A stretch of 64,000 nt of DNA, from contig JBHGNT010000008.1 of the NCBI GenBank assembly GCA_043228905.1, positions 12,462,001 to 12,526,000 on the forward strand, read 5' to 3'. The notes beneath the pieces were generated by a model. It saw only the letters and a list, made by a program, of their open reading frames with translations, was not told where the DNA came from and did not search any database. Positions 11,801-23,251 of the stretch are shown here, piece after piece; the first letter of the stretch is position 1; every line of letters starts with the position of its first letter. This DNA comes from Azolla caroliniana. Lineage: Eukaryota; Plantae; Polypodiophyta. Made by a program: the position numbers and the translations under genes.

Positions 11801-13342
11801 CGCTGGGGATCCAGTGGCCCCTCTAATTCAAGCTCCTGTTGCGCAACCTATTCCAGATAATGCTTGATTAGCACATTTTACCCGTTATTTATAACACAAT
11901 CACATACCAGCAAAACAATAGTTACCTGAATCTTATTTCTAATTGTTGTAACAGCAGAAGTAACTTTGCTCTCCATTGCAGAAGCCATTGTGGCTTTCTC
12001 TAAATCAGTCTTAAAAAATGCCAATGTCTCACAGGCTTCATGGACATTTTTTAGCATATAGCTAACCAATGTCTCACCTGTATCATCGACATTGGCTTTC
12101 CTTGGGTGTCGGTGTGGTGTATGCCCCCGGTCTTGCTGGGAGTCGGCAGTTGCATCAACAGCTGCCATGCTCCAAAATCTGTCTATTTTTTGTGCCAAGG
12201 TCCCCATCTTTCGGCATCTTTTTACCGATGCCTCACCATAGACTGCCCAAGCTACCCTATACATTTCAGGGTCTCTAGATTCCTTCGCTGTTTTGCAGTA
12301 CTCATATGCAAATGCTCTAGCAAATGAAACTGACAACTCATTGTTGACTGGGATCTCCTGATGAACTTTCTGGTGCAGTCTCATGCAGTCATCGTACAAG
12401 TCGGCTCGTACATGCTTCAGCTTGACCTTGCCTTTGACTCTAGGCACTGTATATACTGTCATCCAGTCTATATCACTGATCAATTTATCACTTAGGACAG
12501 CAGGGTCAACACCCTCGAGTGACAGACCATAGGTGTTGTGGAAGTCCTCCTTTGTCTCGCAAAATTTTGCGAAGTTTAGCACTCTCGTATACGGAGGAAC
12601 GAGCCATCTGAAATATCATTTCAGAAATCAGAAATAGTGCAAAATCAGAATATGTGAGAATCAAAAACCCCAATCAACAACAACAAAAATGGTGCAAAAT
12701 CTTTAACTTAACCTAATCAAAATCTGTAATCAGAAGTTTGAAATCAGAAACCCTAATCAAAATCTGTAATCAGAAGTTTGTAACCAGAAACCTTATTCAG
12801 AAATTCTAATCAGAAATTTATAATAAAAAACCCTAATCAGAAATTTCAATCAGAAACCCTAATAAAAAATTTCAATCACAAACCCTAATCAGAAATCCTA
12901 AGCAGAAATTTATAAACAAAAACCCTATTCAGAAATTCTAATTTGTAATCAAAATTTGTAACCAGAAACCCTATTCAAAAATTCTAATCAGAAATTTATA
13001 ATCAAAAACCCTAATCAGAAATTTCAATCACAAACCCTAATCACTAAAGACAGGATTAAACACAAAAAAAGTAATATAAACACACCTGTTGCTACTCCCC
13101 GATTTGCGAGACATCCTTGTATGGGACTCCAAGGACTTCGCCCTATTCGATTTTGGGGAAATATGAATCGGCACCAAAGTTCAGACAGTAGTCAAAAAGA
13201 AAAAACAAATGTTTGGGGTTTCTGTAACTGAAACATACCTGGACGATGATCGAGCGGGTTCTGTGTTGTAGCTCTCAATTTGCAATGTCGATTTTTTGCT
13301 GTTGCGGGAGCTACGTCTGTGTTCGTGCTCTGAGTACTCCAT
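8825..13342 (-). CDS. Six-exon accessory gene with RING-H2-like finger (exons 13342-13239, 13142-13086, 12607-11926, 11847-11704, 11619-11286, 9360-8825; 618 codons, one internal TAG at 11538-11536)
   Basis: All five introns are GT-AG and phases (2,2,0,0,1) keep one frame that joins ORFs 11878-12582, 11266-11532 and 8825-9331. Motif CIAC-x17-CNHTYHLLC-x10-CLGDC. Basic NLS-like RKRLKK near the C-terminus. Confidence 0.72.
9385..11272. repeat. Second TAGCTAATTAGCTA palindrome array with mixed ~18/20/33-bp units and a 204-bp higher-order repeat, filling intron 11285-9361
   Basis: Same palindrome core as 3570-5030. The higher-order unit restarts at 10441, 10645 and 10849 (204-bp steps). Confidence 0.97.
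12620..13045. repeat. ~13-bp degenerate tandem array rich in telo-box AAACCCTAA, filling intron 13085-12608
   Basis: AATCAGAAACCCT / AATCAGAAATTT units, with about six exact AAACCCTAA plus variants. Confidence 0.85.
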
Positions 13343-13568
13343 CTGCGTTCAAAATCAGACTTAGGCTAAACAGGAAATTGATGACATTGAAGTCGACCTT
13401 AGATGATGGTGATATTCCCCAAGTTCCACTACGTCTGAAACAGAAGTTCAAATATTTGAGTTTTTTCATAAATTAGTTTTTCAAATATTTGATTTTCCCA
13501 CAAGAAAGACTAGCTAAACAAATAGCTAATTAGCTATGGCCATTTTAGTAGCTAATTAGCTATAATAG

Positions 13569-13593
13569 TGTTTCCACTCGCATGCTTTTACCC
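13569..13593 (-). repeat. Right TIR TGTTTCCACTCGCATGCTTTTACCC
   Basis: Inverted match to 1346-1370, followed by ATAT TSD. Two palindrome copies lie just inside (about 13523-13562). Confidence 0.95.
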
Positions 13594-16500
13594 ATATGAT
13601 AATATTAGATATATATGTAAAGAAAAATAATATATATATATATACAAGAGAGGACTTGAACCAATAACCCCACCCTATGACTCTCAAATCTTACCATTTA
13701 CTCTATACTAGTAATATACATAAAATAAAGCATACTTTATATTACATAAAGGATTTGCATCATGATATAAAAATAAAGTTGTATGTTGTATTCAACAGCA
13801 TTTTGAGTTGTATGTTCCCACAACCTCATACACCAAAGTCAACACACCTACCATTAGGCTAGGCCCTTTCTCTTTAAGATTATATTTTTATGCTTATTGT
13901 TATTGCATATATTGTTTCATACATAAAAGCTCAAATGAGCGAGATGTTTATCATGCATCACATGTAATGCATGAACGCCAAATGGCGATCATGCATCACA
14001 TGCATTTCATGCACTACATGCATGACTTGTACCCTCCAATGCATCATATGCATGGGGGCACCTATTTAAATGGTGAAAGAGAAGATCAAAGGGAGATGTG
14101 TATGAGATATCAATCAAATATATATTACATAAGAGATATCATAAAATAGAGAAAGAAAGGAAGAAGTTCAAGATAAAGGTGGAGCTCTAGCTTGGCGGTC
14201 GTGGTGGTCAACTCTCAACAAGAGGGAGGCGGTTCGAGCCTTATCTTCATCAAAATATTGAAGTGAAGATTGTAGTGGTCTACGATCAAGAAAGAGAAGA
14301 GCGATTACCTTGCAAGACAAAGTTTGGAGGTTCGACGACGTGTACAATCATTTTGTAACTCTTTCATGAAAATGATTATAAATTTCATACACTTTCTCAT
14401 ATATTATTTTATATCTTATCTTGTCTTATCTTATATTCCTTAAAAATTCTAATTTGTCATATCTTATTGATATCTATTCACTCTATATCTACTCTTTCAT
14501 CTCTTCCGTCCATAATCCCTGTGATTCCTTCCTCACTTTCACGTTATCCTTTGTGTGCGCAACGCTACGCTTCTAGGCGAGCCACATCACGACACCGTGG
14601 AACCTTAAAACGATTCCGGTACCGAGAGCTCACATTCAAAAACTAATGGAGCTACTCAAGGAGAAGGTTGATATGGGGATCCTCAAACCACTGAGTGCCC
14701 AATATTCGAATAGGTCGTTTACGATACCAAAGAAGAGCGACACACTGCGTTTCATACAGGACCTGCAATCTTCAAATGAGTAATAATTCGGAATGCAGGG
14801 GTAAGGCCGACCATCGACGAGTTTGTAGAGGCCTTCCCTGAAAACTCGACCTACTCGATCGGTGACTTATATTCAGGGTATGACCCATTCCAATTAGGCA
14901 TCGAAAGTAGGGACACCACGATGTTGTGGACCCTTCTCAACTTAGTTCAGATGTGTACCCGACCGCAAAGAGTGACAGATTCAGTGGAGCACATGTGAAT
15001 GCAATGAGCAAGGTATTGAGGGATTGCATACCGGACATCACCATGTCGTTCCTAGATGACATCTCGATAAAGGGGTGTCCAGAGGACTGGAAAGGACGAG
15101 AAGGTCGGGGAAGATGGGTGCCGGAAATTCGTGACCGAGCACATTTTCGACTATGAGAAGATATTGTAGAGGCTAGAGGGAGCACGACTTACCTTCTCTA
15201 TGGAGAAGTCAGTGTTCGAACAGTTAAAGATTTTGATGGTCAAGCATCTATGCGGTCCCTACGATCAGAAACCGTCTCCGGCTAAGGTCGAAGCTTCTTC
15301 GGCGATGAAGGAAGAATGCAGGTCCACCACGGAGGTTCAATGCTTTCTGGGGGCCTGTATCTTCTACCACATTTGAAGCCCCCACTATGCACATATTGCC
15401 GAACCACTCTATGGCTTATTGAAGAAGGGGTGGAGGTTTGAATGGGGAGAAGAGAGCACGGAGGCTGTGAGGAGACTAAAGGGGATGTTGATAGTGGTAC
15501 CAACTCTACGGAAGGAGTTCTATGGGAATGAGACTCTGATTTACATCACGATCGATACAAGTTTGATCGGAATCGGGTGGTTGATCAACTAGGAGGAAGA
15601 AGGTTGCACGACATTTGCCATCCAATTCATAGCAAAGATACTAAGTGAGCGTCAGTGAGGATACACCCAAGTTAAGAGGGAACTGTGGGGTATCGTTTTG
15701 GCACTGAAGGCCAATAAAGACTATCTAATCGGGACAGACGTAATTATCGAGACAGACTATCTCCTGATTCTCGGGATGATATCTGGATGCGTGATTCTGG
15801 ATTTGGCTATGCGTAGATGGATTGCGTACATAAAATCCCTAAATCCAGAAGTCTGACATATTTGTGGAAAGGACAACACCATGGCCAATATGTTGTCAAG
15901 AGCACGACTCAAAGGAGAGGACGGAATGGTGTTAGAGGATAAGGAAGTTGGAGTCGACTTCTTCGAGTTGGCTCGACTATCGGCGAATGAACAAAGCACT
16001 CTGACCCTACACGTGGCCAACAAAGACAACTACAAGGGGGAGTGGCTGTTGGTCGAGAAGTTTCTGAGAACACTAATACCAGATGCGTCGTGGACGAAGG
16101 AAGAGCTGAGTCATATTCGAAAGAAGGCGTACAAACTCTTCCTAAAGGTAGGTTAATATGGCGGCCTACGAAGAAACAGAATGGTACACCACTCTAGGTG
16201 GTGACGAAGGAGGACCACTCTAAACTATTGGCTCAATTTCATAAGTCCCTAGTCTGGGCATCGAGGGACGTGGGCTACATTTGAGAAGCTCAAAGGTTAG
16301 GTATTGGTGGTCAAGGATGTACAACGACATGCATCAAGTCGTGATGATGTGTAAAAGCTGCCAAGTACATTCTGGAAACTGTCACCGTGACAAGCTACGT
16401 CCAATCCACCTGCCACGCATTCACTTCAAGTAGATGGTCGATTTAGTGGAAATGTCGATGCGAGTAGGCCAGGTAAGGTATCTGGTGTTGGCAAGAGAGG

Positions 16501-17459
16501 ATCTAACAAAGTAGGTGGAAGGGCAAGCCTTGGCGAACAAGACGACCACCGCCATCTACCGGTTTCTCATTCAAGATGTGATTTGCCGGTACGGGTGCAT
16601 CTGAAATATCGTGGCCGATAGAGGGAAGCTGGATGTACACGAGGCAACAGAGCTATTCAACCGGTTGGGGATCCATCTCTCTCACACGAAGGCATATAAT
16701 CTGCAAGCCAATGGTAAGGTTAAACGGGGGCACGGGCCGATTATGAAGGCCATTGTACGCGCATGTAACGATCGAGTCGGAAATTGGCAGTGACTCTTGC
16801 CATATGTGTTTTGGGCCGACCGAACTATGCACAATTCGGTAACGGGGTACATGCTGACCGAGCTCATGTTCGGACAAAAGCCGATCATGCTGGTAGAAAG
16901 AACGATCACCTCGTGGTTCGTGGTCGACTGGTTGGACGAAATGAGCCGAGAAGAGCTACTAGCCGCATCAATTCGACAACTCGAGAGCCAACCAGAAGAC
17001 GTGGAGCGAGCAGGGTGAAGGAGGTGGGTATAGAAAACAAGGTATGGTTCGAGTGAATGCACCGACTTAGACCAAGGAAGATCGAAGAAGTCGACTGGGT
17101 GCTGGTCTACGACAGTAGCCTCGACAACCAGCACCGGTGGAAAAAGAAATTCCCAAGAAGATGGTTCAGGCCAGATGTGGTAGCAGGTGCCAATGCCAAT
17201 GCCATGTATCACCTTTCGAAGCTCGACAAGACTAGGATAGTCATGCTGATTGCGGGGAAGCGGGTTAATGTCTTCAAGAAATGACTGGAAGCAGAAGCGG
17301 ATCCGGGGGTGGAGGAAGAGGATGCCGACGAGTACGAAGGGTTGAAGAAGGATCAGAGTGGCAATGGATCAGAGGAAGACAAGTAAGGGTCAACCCAGAA
17401 TTACCCAATGCTTCCCAAGTCGGCAAATACTAGAGGATGTGCTATTTGGTGGGGGTGGA

Positions 17460-18238
17460 TGTCATGGAGGATTCCGACCACTAGGAGAAAGGTTCCTCAG
17501 ATGTGTAGGAACAAGGGAGTGCACATTTGCACATGAAATGATCTTAGTATAAAAATGAATGTAAATAAAGAGTATAAGTACAAGACAGAATAGTTTATTA
17601 GCACTGATGGGCCCTCAAAAAAAGGGGAAGAATAATAGGATGTGATGGGAGGGATTTACGAGAAGCATGGGAAATCTCTGACATAAAACAACCATCATTA
17701 CAACATGATGTAATGGACCTTCCTTGAGCTATAAAAGGAGGGAAGGGAGACTATAAAAGGGATCAGTCATTTTGAAGGGGAATGTGTTGTTAGATTGAAT
17801 TGTGGAGCGATATCGCAGGCGGTAGGTTTTCTGTTCTGCACAGTCGGATTGGTGGTGTGAGGTCTTCTGCTTGCGTGGGTAGCCCGTGTGCACTTGTCTA
17901 GAGGCTCACTAGTTTGTGTATCTGTTGAGCTCGAAACTTTGCTAACTAGCCTAAGGCCATCTCATTGTATTCTTTCTTTATACTTAACCGATTACTTGTC
18001 TTCACTATATTTGGTGTACTATTCGTGGGATCTTTGTATTGGTCTGTCTATTTGTGTTAACAATCGATTCTTTGCCTTCTCGGTCCGGGGAGGTGTCTTC
18101 TATTCTCTCCTCTGTTTTGCTCTAACCGACTTGTGTCCGCGAGCCCATGCGTTCGTCTTCCGGAATATGGTGGTAGAGCCGAATCTACAACGGTTCTACT
18201 AGCCCGTGTCCTCAGTAAATCGGACATCCCAAGCGACA
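17460..18238 (+). repeat. 3' LTR of the Gypsy at 1060-18238
   Basis: TGTCA...CGACA, preceded by a purine tract, with TATAAAA boxes near 17730-17760. Homologous to 20592-20750 and (reversed) 61872-62149. Confidence 0.75.
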
Positions 18239-19149
18239 CAAAATATTTCCATATAGAAACTTTGCGGTTGAAGCCGCTGTGTTGTTGCATAAGGCTTTGG
18301 CTTCCCCACACTTTGTGCAATAATTTGTTGCGACGATTATATACCGATTGCCAGTTCATGTTGTTGCCGGCTTAAAGGGCTCTACGAAGTTGATGCCCCA
18401 TTTCTGAATAGGTTCTAAGGGTAGAATTGACTGATGCGGCATTCGTGCTTGTGTTGTCAGTTGGCCCAAGCGATGGTATAAATCACATTCCCAATTCTAC
18501 CTAAGTGCGTACTTTAATGTTGTTGGCCACCATAAGCCACTCTGCCATACTTCCCCACAATGTGCTTCCCTCAATACAATAGGCTTTTGATCTGCTCCGA
18601 GGCATCGCCTCTAGATTCCGTCAAGATTCTGTCTACTCCTTTATGGTATAACACATAGTGCATGAAACATAAATTCCGACACTTGACCACCAACCTTTTC
18701 TTTTGATCTTGACTTAACTTGTTCGGCGGCAGTCCTCTGTTCAGTAACGTGAAGATATATATGAGCCCCTTGTCGTCCTGCTCTATAATATTATCCGCTA
18801 GTCGAGCCGCTACTATCCGAAATAAGTGGCCATCTGGAAAATCGTCTTCCACTTCGTTTCCTGCTTCCCTTGATTCCAGTCGGATCAAATAATCTGCGAT
18901 GGCATGTACATATTAACATTGTAGATCATGCCAAGGGCTTCCCTTTCCGTTGTCAATTAATTTTGCTCCGCTCAAGATAGCTTTCGGCTAGCATAGTACA
19001 CCGGACAGTACCATCTCGATTGTATGAGTTGCATTAAAGCTCTTATGATTGCTATATCTGATGCATTGACAGAAACATGGAAGGCCTTGGTCCAATCCAA
19101 AGGTTGCACTCGATATGCTTTGTCCTCAACATCTCGTCTCTCCCACGGT
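18239..19149 (-). pseudogene. Gypsy pol fragment (RNase H to integrase)
   Basis: QPLDWTKAFHVSVNASDIAI, PVYYASRKLS, DDFPDGHLF; same family as 49393-52281. Confidence 0.75.
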
Positions 19150-20235
19150 TGTCGTGAAGATTTTCGGCAACAGTGTGAAAATTGCATGGAACGTACAAAA
19201 TCGAGTGCAGTTCTTCACACACAATATGAAAAAATAATAATGTAAATAAGTTTAATATCTTGGTACAAAAAGATGGAGATCTTAAAGAGCTTTTGAATGC
19301 TCTTTGTTACATAACAAACAGACATCTAAGTGTCAAGTTATGTGGGTATGAAGTTTGTAAAGAAAAAGAGAAAAATAAAAAATTGTGAGATATCCCACAT
19401 AGACACGACAAATAAGGATCTCACCATATATAAGGAAGAGAAAAAGCTATTATTTTTTTGTTTAGGTGTGGAGAATAGAAAGGATGAGCTGAATGACTTG
19501 ATGAATGGATGTAGCCAAGTTCATTGGTTTTGGACGGTGACGGCATCCGGTGATTGGTGACCTCAGGATGCGGACCGAACCGGGCCAAACCGAACGTATG
19601 CAAATTGGACGGATCGGTTGGGTCGGTTGATCGCGGTGCATGGCGTTTTAAAGATAATTGGTCCCTAATTGTATTTTGTGCATAAATGAAAAAGATGTAA
19701 GCAAGACTTGAACATTACACCTCCAAGGTAGGAGGCAATAGACTTACGACTAGGCTATGTCATTTCCTGAGAAATGTTTTTCCTATCATTATAGTTTTAC
19801 GTGTAAATTCTCATATTAGAGCTTGATTGAGTGACATGTGATGCATGAGCGCCAAATGGCAAACATGCATCACATGCATTCCATGCATTGTATGCATGTC
19901 TTGTACCCTCACATGCATCATATGCATGGGAGCATCTATAAAAGGGTGGATGAAAAAGATCGAAAGGAGCGATGTATTAATCAAGAAATTAAAAGTAAGA
20001 AAATTCGTTATCCAATTGATGTATCAATCTTGTTCTTCAAATCTAAAATCAAGAGTTCAATCTTAATCTCTCTCTCAATCTAAAGTCAAGAATTCTATCC
20101 TATCTCAATCTCTCTCTCTTTTAATCTATCTTAAATACTTTCTCGCTAAAGCTAGTGCAAACTTCGAATCCTTCCGGTCCAGGACCCCGGCGGTTCCGCC
20201 TCACGATCCACACCTAGCGACGGATCTTCACAACA
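19150..20235 (+). mobile_element. Solo or recombinant LTR related to the 1236/34228 family
   Basis: TGTCGTG...CACAACA ends and the shared CATGCA-rich core (19835-19930). Flanks come from different host elements (CGGT left, CCGT right). Confidence 0.7.
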
Positions 20236-20590
20236 CCGTTGACGCCAGTTACTGTATAACCTCCATTATCGGGGAGCCAAAATTTCTTGCCTATGGGACA
20301 AGTGTGGGGTTTTGGTTGGTTGTCCAAACTATCGTGGCGCCACTCCTTGATAAACCTCTTCAAAAATCCTCTCGGCCTTTATCACGAAGAGAGTCCCTGC
20401 TTCGCTCGTGGTTCGGCCGAACTGTAAGAAATTGGACGGAGTTCCTCCCATCTTGGTTCTTCACTCGTGTGTAGGCTGAACTATTGTTGACCACTGTCGT
20501 CTCCATCCGAGCCACCATGATGTATGGTTCTCCAAGTATGATTAGGTGAGAGGACGTCTCATGCACGAAGAAGTGTGATCAATTTCCATG
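20236..20590 (-). pseudogene. Gypsy protease-region fragment
   Basis: ILGEPYI...DGRNSVQFLTVRPNHER is homologous to 55530-55850 (GQPDI...DGRRTVQFMTVHPNHER). Confidence 0.7.
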
Positions 20591-20591
20591 T

Positions 20592-20750
20592 TGTCGTGGA
20601 GGATTCCAACCACTAGGAGGAAAGTTTGTAGGATCCGTGTGAACAAGGGTGTGCATGTATGCACACGAACTAGGTCTTATGTACAAACAATTGTGAATAA
20701 TGTTGTATTAATAAGTACAAGATAAGATATCTTTTATTAGTACTTAAAGG
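20592..20750 (+). repeat. Truncated LTR of the 17460 family
   Basis: Start TGTCGTGGAGGGATTCCAACCACTAGGAG matches the 17460 LTR start. Confidence 0.7.
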
Positions 20751-23251
20751 TATAAAAGAATACATATTGACGCTTATGTGAAACACCAAGTACATAATCG
20801 GTTATCCGCAATGGAACAATTAGGTAAACATAGAGAATGGATACATAGTATAAGAGGGAGATTGACTAGAGTAGACAGCAATAAAATTCTATTACAAAAT
20901 GACTCTCAGTACTCAGTTTATACAATGTGCTCACATAGCACTATTTATACAAGTCCTCAAAAGGAGTAACAGAAGTACTCACAAGTACTTCAATGCTCAT
21001 AATGGAGTCTGATACTAACTGTGCCTATAATATTCCTATTTACTCATAAAGTAGTAATATAGGCCTCTAACTAACAGTTGATTCGATTTACCAACCAATT
21101 CAGCTTTTGGCTTATTCAGCCGATTCGGACCTAACCAATCAGTGTCCACCCAATCTGGCTCTCGGCTTCTTCAACATCTGGCCCAAGTTGAGCTTGCTTT
21201 ATCAATATTCCCCTCAAGCTTAACTTGAGGTCGGTGCATCTGCTCTTCAAGCCCTTCTTAGATCCCTCGTTGTTGTGGCATTGGCACCCTTCGACCCGTC
21301 GGCTCCTCCATATCGGCGTCGGCTTCGGTTGCCTCGTTGTTCGCTTGGCCGTCATGCGATTCAACTCTTCCTAATCACTCTTCTTGACCGATTTAGTTGT
21401 CTTCGATCCATTCCCACTTTTGTCCGAGACAGTTGTCTCCAATTCGTCCTCCTTTAGGCCCTTGAACACATCTGACCATGTCTTGGTCCTAACCTCTATG
21501 TTCAGGTCGACTCTACCACCTACCTTGTCTTTCTCGGCTTTGCCTCCCCCTTGTTTAGATGGCTCCGGCTTTGGCCCATTCTTTCAGTTGCTCCCCCTAC
21601 ATCTGGCTAGTCTCCATTTAGCCGATCTTCTTCCATCTGTCCACATGTCCTCAACTTCTCCATCCGATTTGGACGTTCTGACTTCTTCAATCGTTCGGAA
21701 ACAGAACTCTTCATTTGATTAAGTTCTTCAGACTTCATCTCTCTCCTACCTCTCATTCTCACTCCCCCTCAAGTTCGGCATGTTGAGGTGTTGTATGTCA
21801 AGCATGCCCGAGAATTGCCGCAACTTGGCCAGGGCAAGAGGTTTGGTGATGATATCGGCAACATGTTGATCAATCAGAACATACACGAGTTCCAATACAC
21901 CAAAGAGGACACGCTCACGGACAAAATCGTAGTGCATCTCAATGTGCTTTGTCCGGGCGTGGAAGACGGGGTCCCTCACAAGTTGGATGTTGATGAGGTT
22001 GTCGCAGTATATGACTATCGGTTCAGACACCTCCACATGCAAATCTGTCAAGAGCCATTTCAGCCATATGGCTTTGCATGTTGCGACAGTCACTCCTCGA
22101 GTCAGAACAAATCCGTATTGGCCTCAGTACTCGACAGTGCCACTGTCGGCTGCTTCTTGCTACTCATGGCGATCATGGCACTTCCTAGTGAAAACGCAAA
22201 CCCTAATGTTGACCTACGATCACCGGAATTTCTAGCCCAATCGACATCCATGTAGCCGACATCTGTTTGGCGACACTTGTCCGATACAGCAACAACGTGT
22301 CCTTTGTGCCGTTAACATATCTCAAAATCCTTTCTGCACACTAAAGATGTTTGACAATTGGCTACAACATAAACTAGCTAATCAAGCCGACCGGATAGCT
22401 AAGGTCTGGATGAGTGATGGTCAGATACATAAGACTTCTAACTATCTATCGGAACCATGTCAGGCTGCACATCTTTCCCGATCCTTAGCGAAGCTTTATA
22501 TTTCGATCCAGAGGAGTTGCAACGATTTGCAATACGTCATACTAAACTTAAAGAGCATACTTAGTACATAATGCCATTTGCTAATCAGTATGTCTTCGGG
22601 GGTGCATATCACTTCAATCCCGAGGAAGTAATGAAGGTCCCCAGATCCTCCATATCAAATGATGCGGCTAGTTGACACCTTACATAACCGATTTCTTCTA
22701 GGTCGGCACCGATGATGACTAAATAATCGACATATAGCAAAATGCTTATCAATCCGGTGGACCGACTCTACCATCATAATCGATGTCGTGTTGTTGCGCA
22801 TAGCCCTTTGCTACAAACCTAGCCTTGTACCGGTTGATGGAGCCATCGACATTGTACTTGACCTTGTACACCCACCTGCATCCAATTGGCTTTACACCCT
22901 TGGGGGCGTCAACCACGTCCCAAGTCTCCTACTATGCCAATGCGTGTATCTCTTCCTCCATGGCGGCACACCAATTTGCATTCTTTGTCGCCTCTGCGTA
23001 GCTCTTTGGCTTGCATATCGCCGCCTCTTTAGTCATGTACGCATAATGATGTGCCCTGGACTCATTATACTCATACCTAATGACAAGGTTCTTCTGGCAG
23101 GATGATCAACACAACCTCTTGTTGGCCATCCTCAAGGCCCTTCTGGCTGAATACGACCTCATTTATGGAGGTCTATCTTCACTCCGGGCCGTGTCGGATT
23201 CACTCCGGTTCGACACGCCATCCTCTTTGTTGTACTCTAATATCTTCATCT
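20751..23251 (-). mobile_element. 5'-truncated Ty1/Copia (RT-RNase H, 3' extension, 3' LTR 20751-21207)
   Basis: IYCDN...FHARTKHIEMHY RNase H, PPT next to 21208, LTR homologous to 27229-27662. Confidence 0.8.

Larger units (their letters stand above)
1346..13593 (+). mobile_element. 12,248-bp Sola2-like DNA transposon with accessory genes and internal tandem arrays
   Basis: 25-bp TIRs (24/25 match), GGG...CCC termini, ATAT TSD (1342-1345 / 13594-13597). Empty site CACATATGATAAT present in the sister LTR at 34331-34343. Internal transposase with DFAENY / SDGAASQFK / HGKGEHDG motifs. Confidence 0.93.
1236..14594 (+). mobile_element. Solo Gypsy LTR (~1.1 kb once the nested DNA transposon is removed)
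   Basis: Ends TGTCGTG (1236)...CACGACA (14594), 4-bp TSD CCGT (1232-1235 / 14595-14598). Colinear and near-identical to the uninterrupted copy at 34228-35326. Confidence 0.92.
1060..18238 (+). mobile_element. Degenerate non-chromoviral Ty3/Gypsy element (pol plus 3' LTR), interrupted by the solo LTR at 1236-14594
   Basis: Reading PMVIFTIPHVP (to 1235) resumes as WNLK (from 14599). RT FLDD-type motif near 15050, integrase (DRGK..., ANGKVKRGHGPI, LMFGQKP), purine tract 17448-17459, LTR starting TGTCATGG at 17460. Many stops and frameshifts. Confidence 0.85.

Noticed and set aside
12620-13045. True or interstitial telomere
   Set aside because: AAACCCT units are not contiguous; they are interleaved in a ~13-bp unit inside an intron.
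1341-13598. piggyBac/Kolobok assignment, or longer TIRs including CATAT
   Set aside because: The empty site shows ATAT (not TTAA) duplicated, the apparent TIR extension comes from the palindromic CATATG target, and the transposase motifs are Sola2-type.
13808-14149. His/Met-rich ORFs here and at 19838-20083 and 34521-34865 as metal-binding proteins
   Set aside because: They are translations of the CATGCA-rich LTR promoter, with ORF ends not conserved among copies.
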